From the NCBI GenBank assembly GCA_001821135.1, contig MHSA01000013.1, positions 1-40,921 of the forward strand: a DNA stretch of 40,921 bases, read 5' to 3'. Under the pieces are notes generated by a model. That model saw only the letters and a program-made list of their open reading frames with translations, had not been told where the DNA came from and did no database searches. Positions 17,458 to 25,576 of the stretch are shown here, in pieces. Position numbers and translations under genes: made by a program. Source of the stretch: Candidatus Taylorbacteria bacterium RIFCSPLOWO2_01_FULL_48_100. GTDB lineage: Bacteria > Patescibacteriota > Minisyncoccia > Phycocordibacterales > UBA10002. Each line of letters starts with the position of its first letter. The stretch's first letter is position 1.

Positions 17458-18795
17458 ATGGCTGTTTTCTCAATAATCAAAAAATCGGAACTTGAGGGCG
17501 CGAAGCGACTGGATGCGGAATACTACCAGCCGGAGTATTTGGATATTACATCAAAACTTAAAAATGCACGCGCAATAAAAACCCTTGCGTCAGATATTCG
17601 TTACGGATTGTATGTTGAGCCCGACTATCTAGACGAAGGAATAAACTTTATTCGCGCAATGAATACAACTAATTTTTGGGTTGATGGCGAAGTGCTCAAA
17701 ATATCTAACAAAAAAGTTCCAAGTGATTATTTCTTACACGCTGGAGATTGTCTTATTGTAAGAAGTGGAGCAAACACTGGTTTAGTCAGTGTAATTTATC
17801 CACGACTGGAGGGGTCAACTTTTGGTTCATACACGATACGAATTCGTTTTGACAAAGTAAATCCTTTTTTCGCTTCGGTTTTCTTAAACACAAGATATGG
17901 ATTTTTACAGACATTAAGATCACAGACCGGCGCAGCACAGCCGAATCTGAACATCCCAAACATTAAAGAAATCAAAATACCGGTTATCTCGGAACATCAA
18001 CAAAAAGATATAGAAAAGCGATGCATTGAAATTGAACGAGCAAGAATACAAAGCGAAATCTTATATTCCCAAGCGGAAAATTTGCTTTTGGAAGAATTAG
18101 GATTAAAAGATTTCACAGAGGAGCAGAGTTTATACACTGCCGTGAATTTCTCGGAACTCAAAGAATCATGCCGAATGGATGCGGAATATTTTCAGCTGAA
18201 GTACCGGAAAATCTATTCTCTAATTCGTGAGAATAAAGGAATAACACTTGGCGAAATTGCCACGCTCAAAAAAGGTTTTGAACCTGGGAGCGAAGCGTAC
18301 CAAGAGGATGGTAAACTGTTTATTCGCGTGAGCTCCGTCTCAAAAGATGGTATTACCGAAAAAGACCAGAAATATCTCAAAAATGATCTGTATCAAAAAT
18401 TAAAAAAGAATTATCAACCAAAAGTCGGTGAGATTCTTCTTACAAAAGACGCAAGTCCCGGTATTGCATATGCGGTGAAAGAGTCAATTGAGGGAGTGAT
18501 TTCTGGTGGCGTGTTGCGAGTTAAAATAAACGAGGATGTTGAATCGGAATATCTTACACTATGTATAAACTCTAAAATTGGACAATCGCAAGTTGAACGG
18601 GATGCGGGTGGTTCTATAATTAAGCATTGGAAACCGGAGCAAGTAAAAAGTATGCTTATTCCGATTTTACCCAAACCAACCCAACAAGAAATTGCCAAGT
18701 TGGTGCGAAAATCGCACGAAGCGCGCAAAAAAGCAAAGGAACTCTTGGAAGAAGCAAAACGCGCTGTTGAAACACTTATAGAAAGACAGCAATAG
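17458..18795 (+). CDS. hsdS: Restriction-modification specificity (S) subunit with two TRDs
   Basis: Duplicated RLDAEYYQ/RMDAEYFQ, G(D/E)xLxxRxG-type TRD motifs, and two IPxxxxxxQxxI helical spacers. Confidence 0.85.
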   Translation: MAVFSIIKKSELEGAKRLDAEYYQPEYLDITSKLKNARAIKTLASDIRYGLYVEPDYLDEGINFIRAMNTTNFWVDGEVLKISNKKVPSDYFLHAGDCLIVRSGANTGLVSVIYPRLEGSTFGSYTIRIRFDKVNPFFASVFLNTRYGFLQTLRSQTGAAQPNLNIPNIKEIKIPVISEHQQKDIEKRCIEIERARIQSEILYSQAENLLLEELGLKDFTEEQSLYTAVNFSELKESCRMDAEYFQLKYRKIYSLIRENKGITLGEIATLKKGFEPGSEAYQEDGKLFIRVSSVSKDGITEKDQKYLKNDLYQKLKKNYQPKVGEILLTKDASPGIAYAVKESIEGVISGGVLRVKINEDVESEYLTLCINSKIGQSQVERDAGGSIIKHWKPEQVKSMLIPILPKPTQQEIAKLVRKSHEARKKAKELLEEAKRAVETLIERQQ

Positions 18796-18825
18796 CCGTA
18801 TTTATTTTGTGGTATAATCCTTGTT

Positions 18826-19023
18826 ATGAGAAAATTAAGTACCGATAGGGGATTGGTGAAGGCGGTTTTGCTTATTGTGGTGGCGCTAGTAATACTCGGA
18901 TACTTCGGGTACAACCTGCGCGACATTATTGCATCGCCTGCGGTGCGCGACAACCTCGCCTATGTTTGGGACATTGTCGTAAGGGCTTGGAACTGGTTGA
19001 AAGACCTCTTGCCATCAAAGTAG
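18826..19023 (+). CDS. Small membrane protein
   Basis: 65 aa with one TM helix; TGGTATAAT lies just upstream of the ATG. Confidence 0.65.
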   Translation: MRKLSTDRGLVKAVLLIVVALVILGYFGYNLRDIIASPAVRDNLAYVWDIVVRAWNWLKDLLPSK

Positions 19024-19081
19024 TTGGAACACGAAGTAGAAAGCAAATTTGCTTTCTGCGAAGTGTTTCTTCATATGCTAT

Positions 19082-19109
19082 ACTTCGTATAATGTATGTT
19101 AATCCACAT
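19082..19109 (+). other. Candidate dif-like recombination site
   Basis: ACTTCGTATAA-TGTATG-TTAATCCACAT (11-6-11 layout) immediately upstream of the xer gene. The left arm is XerC-box-like; the right arm is a poor match. Confidence 0.3.
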
Positions 19110-19114
19110 ATACT

Positions 19115-20068
19115 ATGCAAAAACCACTTACCCAACATTTGAACGATTTTCTGGAATACTGCGAAGTTGAAAAAGGGCTTTCCATAAACTCTGTGAAGAA
19201 TTATTCGCGGTTTGTACAAAAGTTTTTCGGGTGGCTCGCGGAACACAGATTAGAAAATCTATCGCCTGAAAAGCTCACTGAGGACCATATCTCCAAATAT
19301 CGCATTTGGCTATCGCGGCGCCCCAACAAGGTGCGTCACGCGTCGCCGAACCTCCACCAGTCCACCCAAATACGCTATCTGATAGCCCTGCGCTCGTTAC
19401 TCGCGTATTTCCACGAAAAGAACATCCCTACCCTCCCGACCGAAAAAATTAAGCTTCCGAAAGACCGGAGCGCGGAGCGGCATATAAAATTCTTAGACAT
19501 TGAAAACCTGCGGAAGTTCCTTGCCGCGCCCGATACTAAAATCAATGCGGGGCTCCGCGACCGCGCGCTAATTGAAACGCTTTTCAGCACCGGACTGCGC
19601 GTCGCGGAGCTTGTTGCGCTCAATGTGAAGCAGTTGCAGAGCGCTTTGCACAAGACCGACTTTGAATTGAGCGTCGTCGGTAAGGGCGGGCACCCACGCG
19701 TCGTCTATTTCTCCGACCGCGCGTTGTATTGGCTCAAGAAATATCTCGCAAGTCGCACCGACGATGATGAGGCGCTGTTTATAAACTTCAGGGGGCCAAA
19801 GAAGGACTCGCGGCGCATCTCTGTGCGCGGCGTAGAGCTCGTTGTAGAAAAATGCTCAAAAATTGCCGGCATTGGATTTTTGGCGACTCCGCACACTTTA
19901 CGGCACTCTTTCGCAACCGATTTGCTAAACAAGGGTGTGGATTTGCGTATGGTGCAGGAGTTTCTCGGACATCGTAATATCGCAACGACGCAAGTGTATA
20001 CACATGTGACTTCCAAGCGTCTGCGTGAAATACATAAAAAATTTCACGGAGTAGAGGAACTATCATAA
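19115..20068 (+). CDS. XerC/XerD-family tyrosine recombinase
   Basis: SAM-like N-domain (EKGLSINSVKNY), RDRA..TGLRVAEL, GKGG, HTLRHSFAT, LGH, TTQVYTHV. Confidence 0.93.
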   Translation: MQKPLTQHLNDFLEYCEVEKGLSINSVKNYSRFVQKFFGWLAEHRLENLSPEKLTEDHISKYRIWLSRRPNKVRHASPNLHQSTQIRYLIALRSLLAYFHEKNIPTLPTEKIKLPKDRSAERHIKFLDIENLRKFLAAPDTKINAGLRDRALIETLFSTGLRVAELVALNVKQLQSALHKTDFELSVVGKGGHPRVVYFSDRALYWLKKYLASRTDDDEALFINFRGPKKDSRRISVRGVELVVEKCSKIAGIGFLATPHTLRHSFATDLLNKGVDLRMVQEFLGHRNIATTQVYTHVTSKRLREIHKKFHGVEELS

Positions 20069-20071
20069 AGC

Positions 20072-20105
20072 AAACCCCCTCACTTGTCGGACAAGTGAGG
20101 GGGTT
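20072..20105. terminator. Bidirectional hairpin between convergent genes; near-copy at 33869-33901
   Basis: AACCCCCTCACTTGTC-G-GACAAGTGAGGGGGTT perfect inverted repeat. Confidence 0.7.
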
Positions 20106-20116
20106 GCTAATAACTT

Positions 20117-20569
20117 TTACTCTTTTACTTTCTGGCTTTGAGCGACTGCGAGCGTGGCGCCTGCTTTCCAGCATTTGCCGGACGAAGCCCACGGCTGAAG
20201 GCCTTCCTTTTCGTAAAGCCATTTGGCGTACGATAAGTTGCCTTCAAGTGTCTTAATGTCCAACCCAAGCTTCTTCGCGCGCTCTGCGTGATACCGTTCG
20301 TTGATTTGCATCACGCCGACATCATTATAGTCGTAGTCGCCGCGAAGCACTCCATTTCTGTCAAAGTGGCGGAAACGCGACTCGCACTTTGCAACCTCCG
20401 CAAGCGCCGGATTGTCCGCGAAATAATCGCGGACATACTCCTCAAGCGTTATCGGATTATTCGCGACCGGAACCATCGGGGCAACTTCAGTTGCGGCGAT
20501 GGCGGGTGCGGTGTTAAAGACAGAAAGAAAAAGTAAAAGTCCGTTCAATGTTTCAATCATAATGTTCAC
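20117..20569 (-). CDS. Secreted SLT/lysozyme-like lytic transglycosylase
   Basis: Signal-like N-terminus, catalytic CES motif, GVMQIN, GLQPW. Confidence 0.75.
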   Translation of the reverse strand: MNIMIETLNGLLLFLSVFNTAPAIAATEVAPMVPVANNPITLEEYVRDYFADNPALAEVAKCESRFRHFDRNGVLRGDYDYNDVGVMQINERYHAERAKKLGLDIKTLEGNLSYAKWLYEKEGLQPWASSGKCWKAGATLAVAQSQKVKE

Positions 20570-20663
20570 TCAAATCAGTTAAATCTAACGACCGTAGGCG
20601 CGGGCGCTTCCCGACCCCGGTACTATATATTATAGCATTGTCAATATGCACTTGTCAATGGTT

Positions 20664-21353
20664 TTATTTCCACCTCTTTGCTTCCAGCGCATTGGCGGCG
20701 GCGTCTTGCTCCGCTTCTTGTTTTGACTTACCTTCCCCTTCCGCCGCTTTTTCGCGCCCGAGAAATACCGCAACAGTGAAGTGTTTGTCGTGGTCGGGAC
20801 CCGTCTCGCGCACCGTTTCGTACGAAGGCGTGACGCTAGCGATTTCTTGCGCCTTTTCTTGAAACTTGCTTTTTGCATCCATCCACTTCCCTTCCGCCAC
20901 AATGCTGTCGGTCAAAGGGAGTACAAATCGCGACACGAAGTCGCCCACTTTCGCGTATCCGCCATCCAAGTACAGCGCGCCGATGAGTGCTTCAATCGCG
21001 TTTGCGAGGATAACCTCGCGCGCGCGACCCGTATCCTTCGCCTCGCCTTTGGAAAGGAGCATATAATCGTTCATACCAAGCCGTTCCGCAACGCCTGCAA
21101 GTGTTACTGCATTCACAAGCGCCGAGCGGTACAAGGTCATATCGCCCTCGTTTTTGTGCGGATATTTCTTAAACAAAAACTCCGTCGTCAAAAGCTCAAG
21201 CACCGCGTCTCCGAGAAATTCCAACCGCTCGTTGTGTTCGGTCTTGAGTTTCTTGTTTTCGTTTAGATACGAGCGGTGCGTGAAGGCGGTCTTAAGTAAG
21301 CCCTTATCTGCGAAATCTATGCCTATCTTTTTCTCAAAAGAATCAAAATTCAT
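20664..21353 (-). CDS. rnc: Ribonuclease III
   Basis: AFTHRSY, NERLEFLGDAVL, EALIGALYLD, C-terminal dsRBD. Confidence 0.97.
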   Translation of the reverse strand: MNFDSFEKKIGIDFADKGLLKTAFTHRSYLNENKKLKTEHNERLEFLGDAVLELLTTEFLFKKYPHKNEGDMTLYRSALVNAVTLAGVAERLGMNDYMLLSKGEAKDTGRAREVILANAIEALIGALYLDGGYAKVGDFVSRFVLPLTDSIVAEGKWMDAKSKFQEKAQEIASVTPSYETVRETGPDHDKHFTVAVFLGREKAAEGEGKSKQEAEQDAAANALEAKRWK

Positions 21354-22264
21354 TTCTTTAATAAAATATTTACGGCTTTTGTTACAATCGGCAAAGTGTC
21401 GGGGTAAAAATTAAGATTGACTATATCTTTTAGCTTAAACCACTGTGCATCGTCCAGCCCGCCCGAAGTGCCTAGCGTTAGCGGCGTGAACGCCGACTCG
21501 CCTAGGAAATAATGCACCTGTTTGCGAATCTTGCCCTTTTCGGGGTCGGACGCAATGTATTCGTTAAAACCGATCGGCTCTTTTATTGTAATATCCAAAC
21601 CGAGTTCTTCTTTAATTTCGCGAACAGTTCCCGTTTCAACGCTCTCGCTCGCGATGTCGGGAGTGTCTCCTATTTTGCCTTTGGAAAGCGTCCAGTGCCC
21701 GAAAATGTCGTGCACCAGAGCGATGTAAGTATCGCCTTCGGCTTTTGCGTACACTACCGCGCCACCCAATTTCTGAATAGGCATCTTTTCGTATGGCACA
21801 TCTGCGGGGCGCTTTTTGCGTTTCGGAGCGTCGGCTTTTCCCGGCTCGCCAAGCTCGCGGTACACGGAGCCGAGTACACCATTTACAAACCTGCCGCTAG
21901 CGTCCCCGCCGTATGTTTTCGCAAGTTCTATCGCTTCGTTAATCGCAACTTTTGCCGGCACTTCTTTGCGGTCTGCAAATAAAAGTTCGTAAAGCCCGAG
22001 CCGCAAGACATTGCGGTCTAAATATGATATTCGTTCAATCGGCCATTCAGGCGCCGCCTTGCCGATAATATTGTCAATTTCTTTGCGCTTTTTCAGCGCG
22101 CCGTTTATGAGTGTGTGTACAAAGGAGTTGTCTTCTATGCCCGGCGCAAACTCTGCGATGTTGCGCGCTTCTATCTCCGCAAGCGCCTTTTCTGGAAGCG
22201 TGCGGAAATCCCACTCAAAGAGGGATTGGAGCGCTATTGACCTGCCAAGGTGCCTGTTTGCCAT
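21350..22264 (-). CDS. nusB: Transcription antitermination factor NusB fused to a C-terminal Nudix domain
   Basis: DRNVLRLG, VAINEAIELAK, FVNGVLG; then WTLSKG...REIKEELGL Nudix box. Confidence 0.92.
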   Translation of the reverse strand: MANRHLGRSIALQSLFEWDFRTLPEKALAEIEARNIAEFAPGIEDNSFVHTLINGALKKRKEIDNIIGKAAPEWPIERISYLDRNVLRLGLYELLFADRKEVPAKVAINEAIELAKTYGGDASGRFVNGVLGSVYRELGEPGKADAPKRKKRPADVPYEKMPIQKLGGAVVYAKAEGDTYIALVHDIFGHWTLSKGKIGDTPDIASESVETGTVREIKEELGLDITIKEPIGFNEYIASDPEKGKIRKQVHYFLGESAFTPLTLGTSGGLDDAQWFKLKDIVNLNFYPDTLPIVTKAVNILLKK

Positions 22265-22279
22265 AATTATCAAGAAACT

Positions 22280-22480
22280 TTACTTTGCTTTTTGTTTTTT
22301 TGATTTTTCAACTACATTAACAACTGTTCTTCCCCTATACTTCCCGCAATTGGCGCATGCCGTATGCATCATTTTCAGTGCCTTGCATTCGGGACAGGGC
22401 GAAAGTGCTTGCGCACAAAGCTTGTGGTGCGCGCGCCTTTGGTCGCGACGGCCTTTTGTTGAACGCATTCGGACTACCAT
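22280..22480 (-). CDS. rpmF: 50S ribosomal protein L32 (zinc-ribbon type)
   Basis: MVVRMRSTKGRRDQRRAH, CPEC, CANCGKYRGR; start moved to ATG 22480. Confidence 0.93.
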   Translation of the reverse strand: MVVRMRSTKGRRDQRRAHHKLCAQALSPCPECKALKMMHTACANCGKYRGRTVVNVVEKSKKQKAK

Positions 22481-22507
22481 ATGTAAACAGTATAGCAAAT
22501 TATAAAA

Positions 22508-22549
22508 TAAAAGAAAAGGCGCGTCCCGACATACTGTCGTGGACGCGCC
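22508..22549 (-). terminator. Intrinsic terminator of the upstream minus-strand gene
   Basis: GGCGCGTCC.CGACA/TGTCG.GGACGCGCC stem followed by a T-run on the minus strand. Confidence 0.7.
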
Positions 22550-22566
22550 GTGACCAAACCAAATCC

Positions 22567-23172
22567 TCAATCTGAAAGGTATTGCTGATACCTGGCATCG
22601 GAAATGATACCCGCATACCGTTTGCACACCGCACTGTCTTTTGCAAGGACAGCAAGCGCCCGCAATAGAGCAATCCTATGGAAAAGCACACCGCGCTCTT
22701 CCATAAGTTCAAACAGTTCTGCGGCTTCGTACCAGCGCGGAGGACTCAGTGTCTCGTCTCCACGCCCGTGTTTACCCTTTTCAATTTTCGCAGTTTTTCG
22801 CAACTCGCCGCGGAGGTCAGAAAGCAGAAACACAATCTTCTCGTGAATTCCACCCCCTTTCTCCGGGTCGCCGTCGCATTTTTGCACATAAATCGGTTTT
22901 TCTTGTGCAAAACAAAAACCGAAATCACTTGGGTTTTCTGGAATTTCCTGATGTGCACCGCTGATGGCGGTTTGCTCTGGGGTCTCCCCCTCAATACCCG
23001 TCTCCGTTGGAAACTTGTAGGTTGTCCAAGGGTTACAGTTTTTTTGTATTGTATACTGAAATGCCAGAAAGCGGATTTCTCCCACCCCCATTGCTTCGTA
23101 GAAAACCAACACCGCGGAATGCGTAATCTTTACGCTATTCGCACTGTTTGGTCGTCCTTGTGTTGTATTCAT
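22567..23172 (-). CDS. Hypothetical protein with a degenerate Nudix-like box
   Basis: YKFPTETGIEGETPEQTAISGAHQEI resembles GX5EX7REUXEE but lacks the REUXEE residues. Confidence 0.55.
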   Translation of the reverse strand: MNTTQGRPNSANSVKITHSAVLVFYEAMGVGEIRFLAFQYTIQKNCNPWTTYKFPTETGIEGETPEQTAISGAHQEIPENPSDFGFCFAQEKPIYVQKCDGDPEKGGGIHEKIVFLLSDLRGELRKTAKIEKGKHGRGDETLSPPRWYEAAELFELMEERGVLFHRIALLRALAVLAKDSAVCKRYAGIISDARYQQYLSD

Positions 23173-23190
23173 TTTTCCCTCTCGGGTTGA

Positions 23191-23254
23191 ATCCCGTTAG
23201 AAGCAAGGAATCTTTGATTCCTGCCGCAACGAAGTTGCGGGCTTCTAACGGGAT
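23191..23254. repeat. Y-shaped palindromic REP/MITE-like element
   Basis: 14-bp terminal IR ATCCCGTTAGAAGC/GCTTCTAACGGGAT enclosing two 7-bp hairpins (AGGAATC-TTT-GATTCCT; CCGCAAC-GAA-GTTGCGG). Confidence 0.7.
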
Positions 23255-23352
23255 GAATGTTTTTGTGCGTCTCAAGGTGCCTCGTCCACACGGACGACCT
23301 TTCAACTCTGTTTTCTAGTATAACACAGGGTATACGAAATAGTCAAATCAAC

Positions 23353-23452
23353 AAAAAAGCGGCGGGTGATTTCTCACTCGCCGCTCCGTACATTACAACA
23401 CAGCACTTAATAGAACTGCAGATTACTATACAGTGCCCGATAGAATATAACT
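23353..23452 (-). ncRNA. Pentamer-periodic candidate guide RNA unit A
   Basis: AGT ta TAT tc TAT cg GGC ac TGT at AGT aa TCT gc AGT tc TAT ta AGT gc TGT gt TGT aa TGT ac, then GG + hairpin AGCGGCG...CGCCGCT + T-run. Confidence 0.75.
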
Positions 23453-25277
23453 ATCTCACCAACGCGAGCGCCTCCTTCACGCACTGGTCAAGCGTCAAGT
23501 CGCCTTTGTAGGCAACCTGAAGCGTTTTCGGCAGTGCGGAAAAGACAATGCGCCGGAACTGCTGGGAGATGAAGAAGACGACGCCCAAGTCGTCTACGCG
23601 CCGTATATTTCGCCCCCGCACTTGAAGCACGAAGAGCTGAACGCGCCAATTCCATATTGCCCATCGCCGCGAACCGTATCGCTGTTCTTCAAACATACTC
23701 CGCGGCTCGTACATAGGCATATATGGAGGTCGGAGAGCAAAGATTGCGGGTGCAATCTGCTTCGGCAAATCAATACCTTCGCTGAAGTTTGCCGATGTGC
23801 CGACTAGACAATCCCCCTCTCCTTCCCTGAAACGGAGCGCGGCTTCGCGCGCGGTAACGCCGTTGCCGTACGAAACCGCTTTCACTCCCTCTTCTTCCAT
23901 AAGAGCGACGAGTTTCTCCCGCTCTTTGTTTGCAACCACCACATGGAGTGAATGGATTCCCTGTCTCGCTAGTTTTTTCGTTGCCCGCGCCATCCTACGC
24001 ATCACATTCGTAACCGTACCATGCTTCTGTTCTTTGAACGCAAGGTTCGGCGTGTCGGTAGGCATATAGACGGCGGTATTCTCTGGCGGAAACGACGGCG
24101 GGAGCGACAAGAACGGAAATTGAATTCCCGATTCCTGCCCGAAGATTTCGCTGTCCCCTATCGTGGCGGATAGCGCAACCGTCGTCTTCCCAAGCAGGCA
24201 CTTCTTCACGAGCGCCGCGACATAATGCGAGCAGACCACAAGTTTGTTGATTACCCGCTTATCTTTCGTCTCTTCTTTCTCATGGTACGCGTATGTGTAC
24301 GCGAGCGCGCCGCGGTTCGCGAGCGGAAGTGAGAACTCAAGAGAGCGGATGTAGCGGCGCAAGTTAAGCGCCACACCTTCCACCTTCTTGAAAATCTCCA
24401 GATTATCTTCCGCTTCAATCGCATCGCTTTTAATCGCTTTTGCGATGGAGCGCGACAATGCGCCCCCGTCTATCGTTTCCAGTATCTTGATAAGCGCGCT
24501 TATTTCCTCAGCATCCAAAAGGATGCGGTGTTTCTTGCGGACAATCTCAATCATTCTCTTGCGAAAATGCTCAAGCGCCGCGGCAGTTTCATGCTCTTCC
24601 ACTTTTTCTAAAATGGAGATTGCCTGTTCCAAGTGCCAATCGGTAATGTCGTACGACAACGCCGAGCGCACGAGCTCCGGCACGCGATGCCCCTCGTCAA
24701 TGACGAGAAGGTCGGGCTCAGGAAAGTCCTTTGAGAATAGCCGTTTGAAGAGGTAGAACGCAAAGGTCGTCAAGACCGGCTTGCGTGATACCTTCGCTTG
24801 ATGATTTTGCAGATAGTAGGGGCACGCGAGCGCACCTTTCTCCTGCACTTTGCCGGTTTCCTGGTCCACGAAATGCGGACATACTCGGCAGATGGTGTGC
24901 GGAATCTCGTCCGCAGTGAACTTCGTTTTGGACTCGCGCGTCAGGTTTGTCTTATCCCGTTCATAGAGAAAGCACAGGAAGTCGCTTCGCCCAAACGCAA
25001 CTGTAAAGACATCGGGAAACCGTTCGCGGTACTGGTCGGCAATGGTCTTGGTTGGAACCGTTACCACGCACTTCTGAAAGTGCTTCGCCGCCGTCTTTGC
25101 AAGTGTTGTTGCAATTTCTGTCTTGCCGACCCCCGTCCAGAGTTCATGCACGGACGAACCGTGTCCCGCTATGAAGCGGAGTGATGATTCTTGTTCCGAA
25201 CGCATACCGCCACTATATATCCCGTCTTTCGGGAATTGGGACTTTAGCTCGTCCCAGCTGAGCCAATGATGTTGCAT
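23451..25277 (-). CDS. DinG/XPD-family SF2 helicase with putative Fe-S cluster
   Basis: Q-motif MRSEQ, Walker A TGVGKT, four Cys (CFLY, CRVC, CPYY), DEGH, LSAT, EGIDLP, QVRGRNIR. Confidence 0.85.
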   Translation of the reverse strand: MQHHWLSWDELKSQFPKDGIYSGGMRSEQESSLRFIAGHGSSVHELWTGVGKTEIATTLAKTAAKHFQKCVVTVPTKTIADQYRERFPDVFTVAFGRSDFLCFLYERDKTNLTRESKTKFTADEIPHTICRVCPHFVDQETGKVQEKGALACPYYLQNHQAKVSRKPVLTTFAFYLFKRLFSKDFPEPDLLVIDEGHRVPELVRSALSYDITDWHLEQAISILEKVEEHETAAALEHFRKRMIEIVRKKHRILLDAEEISALIKILETIDGGALSRSIAKAIKSDAIEAEDNLEIFKKVEGVALNLRRYIRSLEFSLPLANRGALAYTYAYHEKEETKDKRVINKLVVCSHYVAALVKKCLLGKTTVALSATIGDSEIFGQESGIQFPFLSLPPSFPPENTAVYMPTDTPNLAFKEQKHGTVTNVMRRMARATKKLARQGIHSLHVVVANKEREKLVALMEEEGVKAVSYGNGVTAREAALRFREGEGDCLVGTSANFSEGIDLPKQIAPAIFALRPPYMPMYEPRSMFEEQRYGSRRWAIWNWRVQLFVLQVRGRNIRRVDDLGVVFFISQQFRRIVFSALPKTLQVAYKGDLTLDQCVKEALALVR

Positions 25278-25353
25278 ATTAACCTTTCTTTTTGGTTGTC
25301 AAACAACCGATTTCCCAGTTACTATATAAGCATAATAGATAATTTAAGTCAAG

Positions 25354-25446
25354 AAAAAGCGGCTCAAGACGAATCAAGAGCCGCTCCAGACAGGACTGAA
25401 CCGGAACCGAGCGTGGCGACACTGAGCGTAAGCCCGCAGAACTACG
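25354..25446 (-). ncRNA. Pentamer-periodic candidate guide RNA unit B with its own promoter
   Basis: AGT tc TGC gg GCT ta CGC tc AGT gt CGC ca CGC tc GGT tcc GGT tc AGT cc TGT ct, then GG + AGCGGCTC...GAGCCGCT + T-run. Promoter TTGACA-N17-TTGAAT with TGn extension (25481-25453). Confidence 0.75.
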
Positions 25447-25517
25447 GAGTTCATTCAAGCATATATTAAATATGCTGTCAATCTTGCGCAGAAAAATCAG
25501 CCGTATATACTAAACAT

Positions 25518-25576
25518 ACACTTTGACTCCGAAAGGAGTTCCGAGGCACCCCGATGAAAATCGGGGTGCCGTTTTT
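25518..25576 (+). ncRNA. Candidate small RNA convergent with the MazF-like gene
   Basis: TTGCGC-N16-TATACT (25484-25511), ACTCC-GAAA-GGAGT hairpin, then GGCACCCCGAT-GAAA-ATCGGGGTGCC + T-run. Confidence 0.55.

Noticed and set aside
19082-19098. loxP site (17 nt identical to loxP: ACTTCGTATAATGTATG)
   Set aside because: The second 13-bp inverted arm is absent and there is no vector sequence; better explained as a dif-like arm or a promoter.
19115-20068. Prophage or ICE integrase
   Set aside because: Size and motifs fit a chromosomal Xer; no tRNA/att duplication or phage genes were seen.
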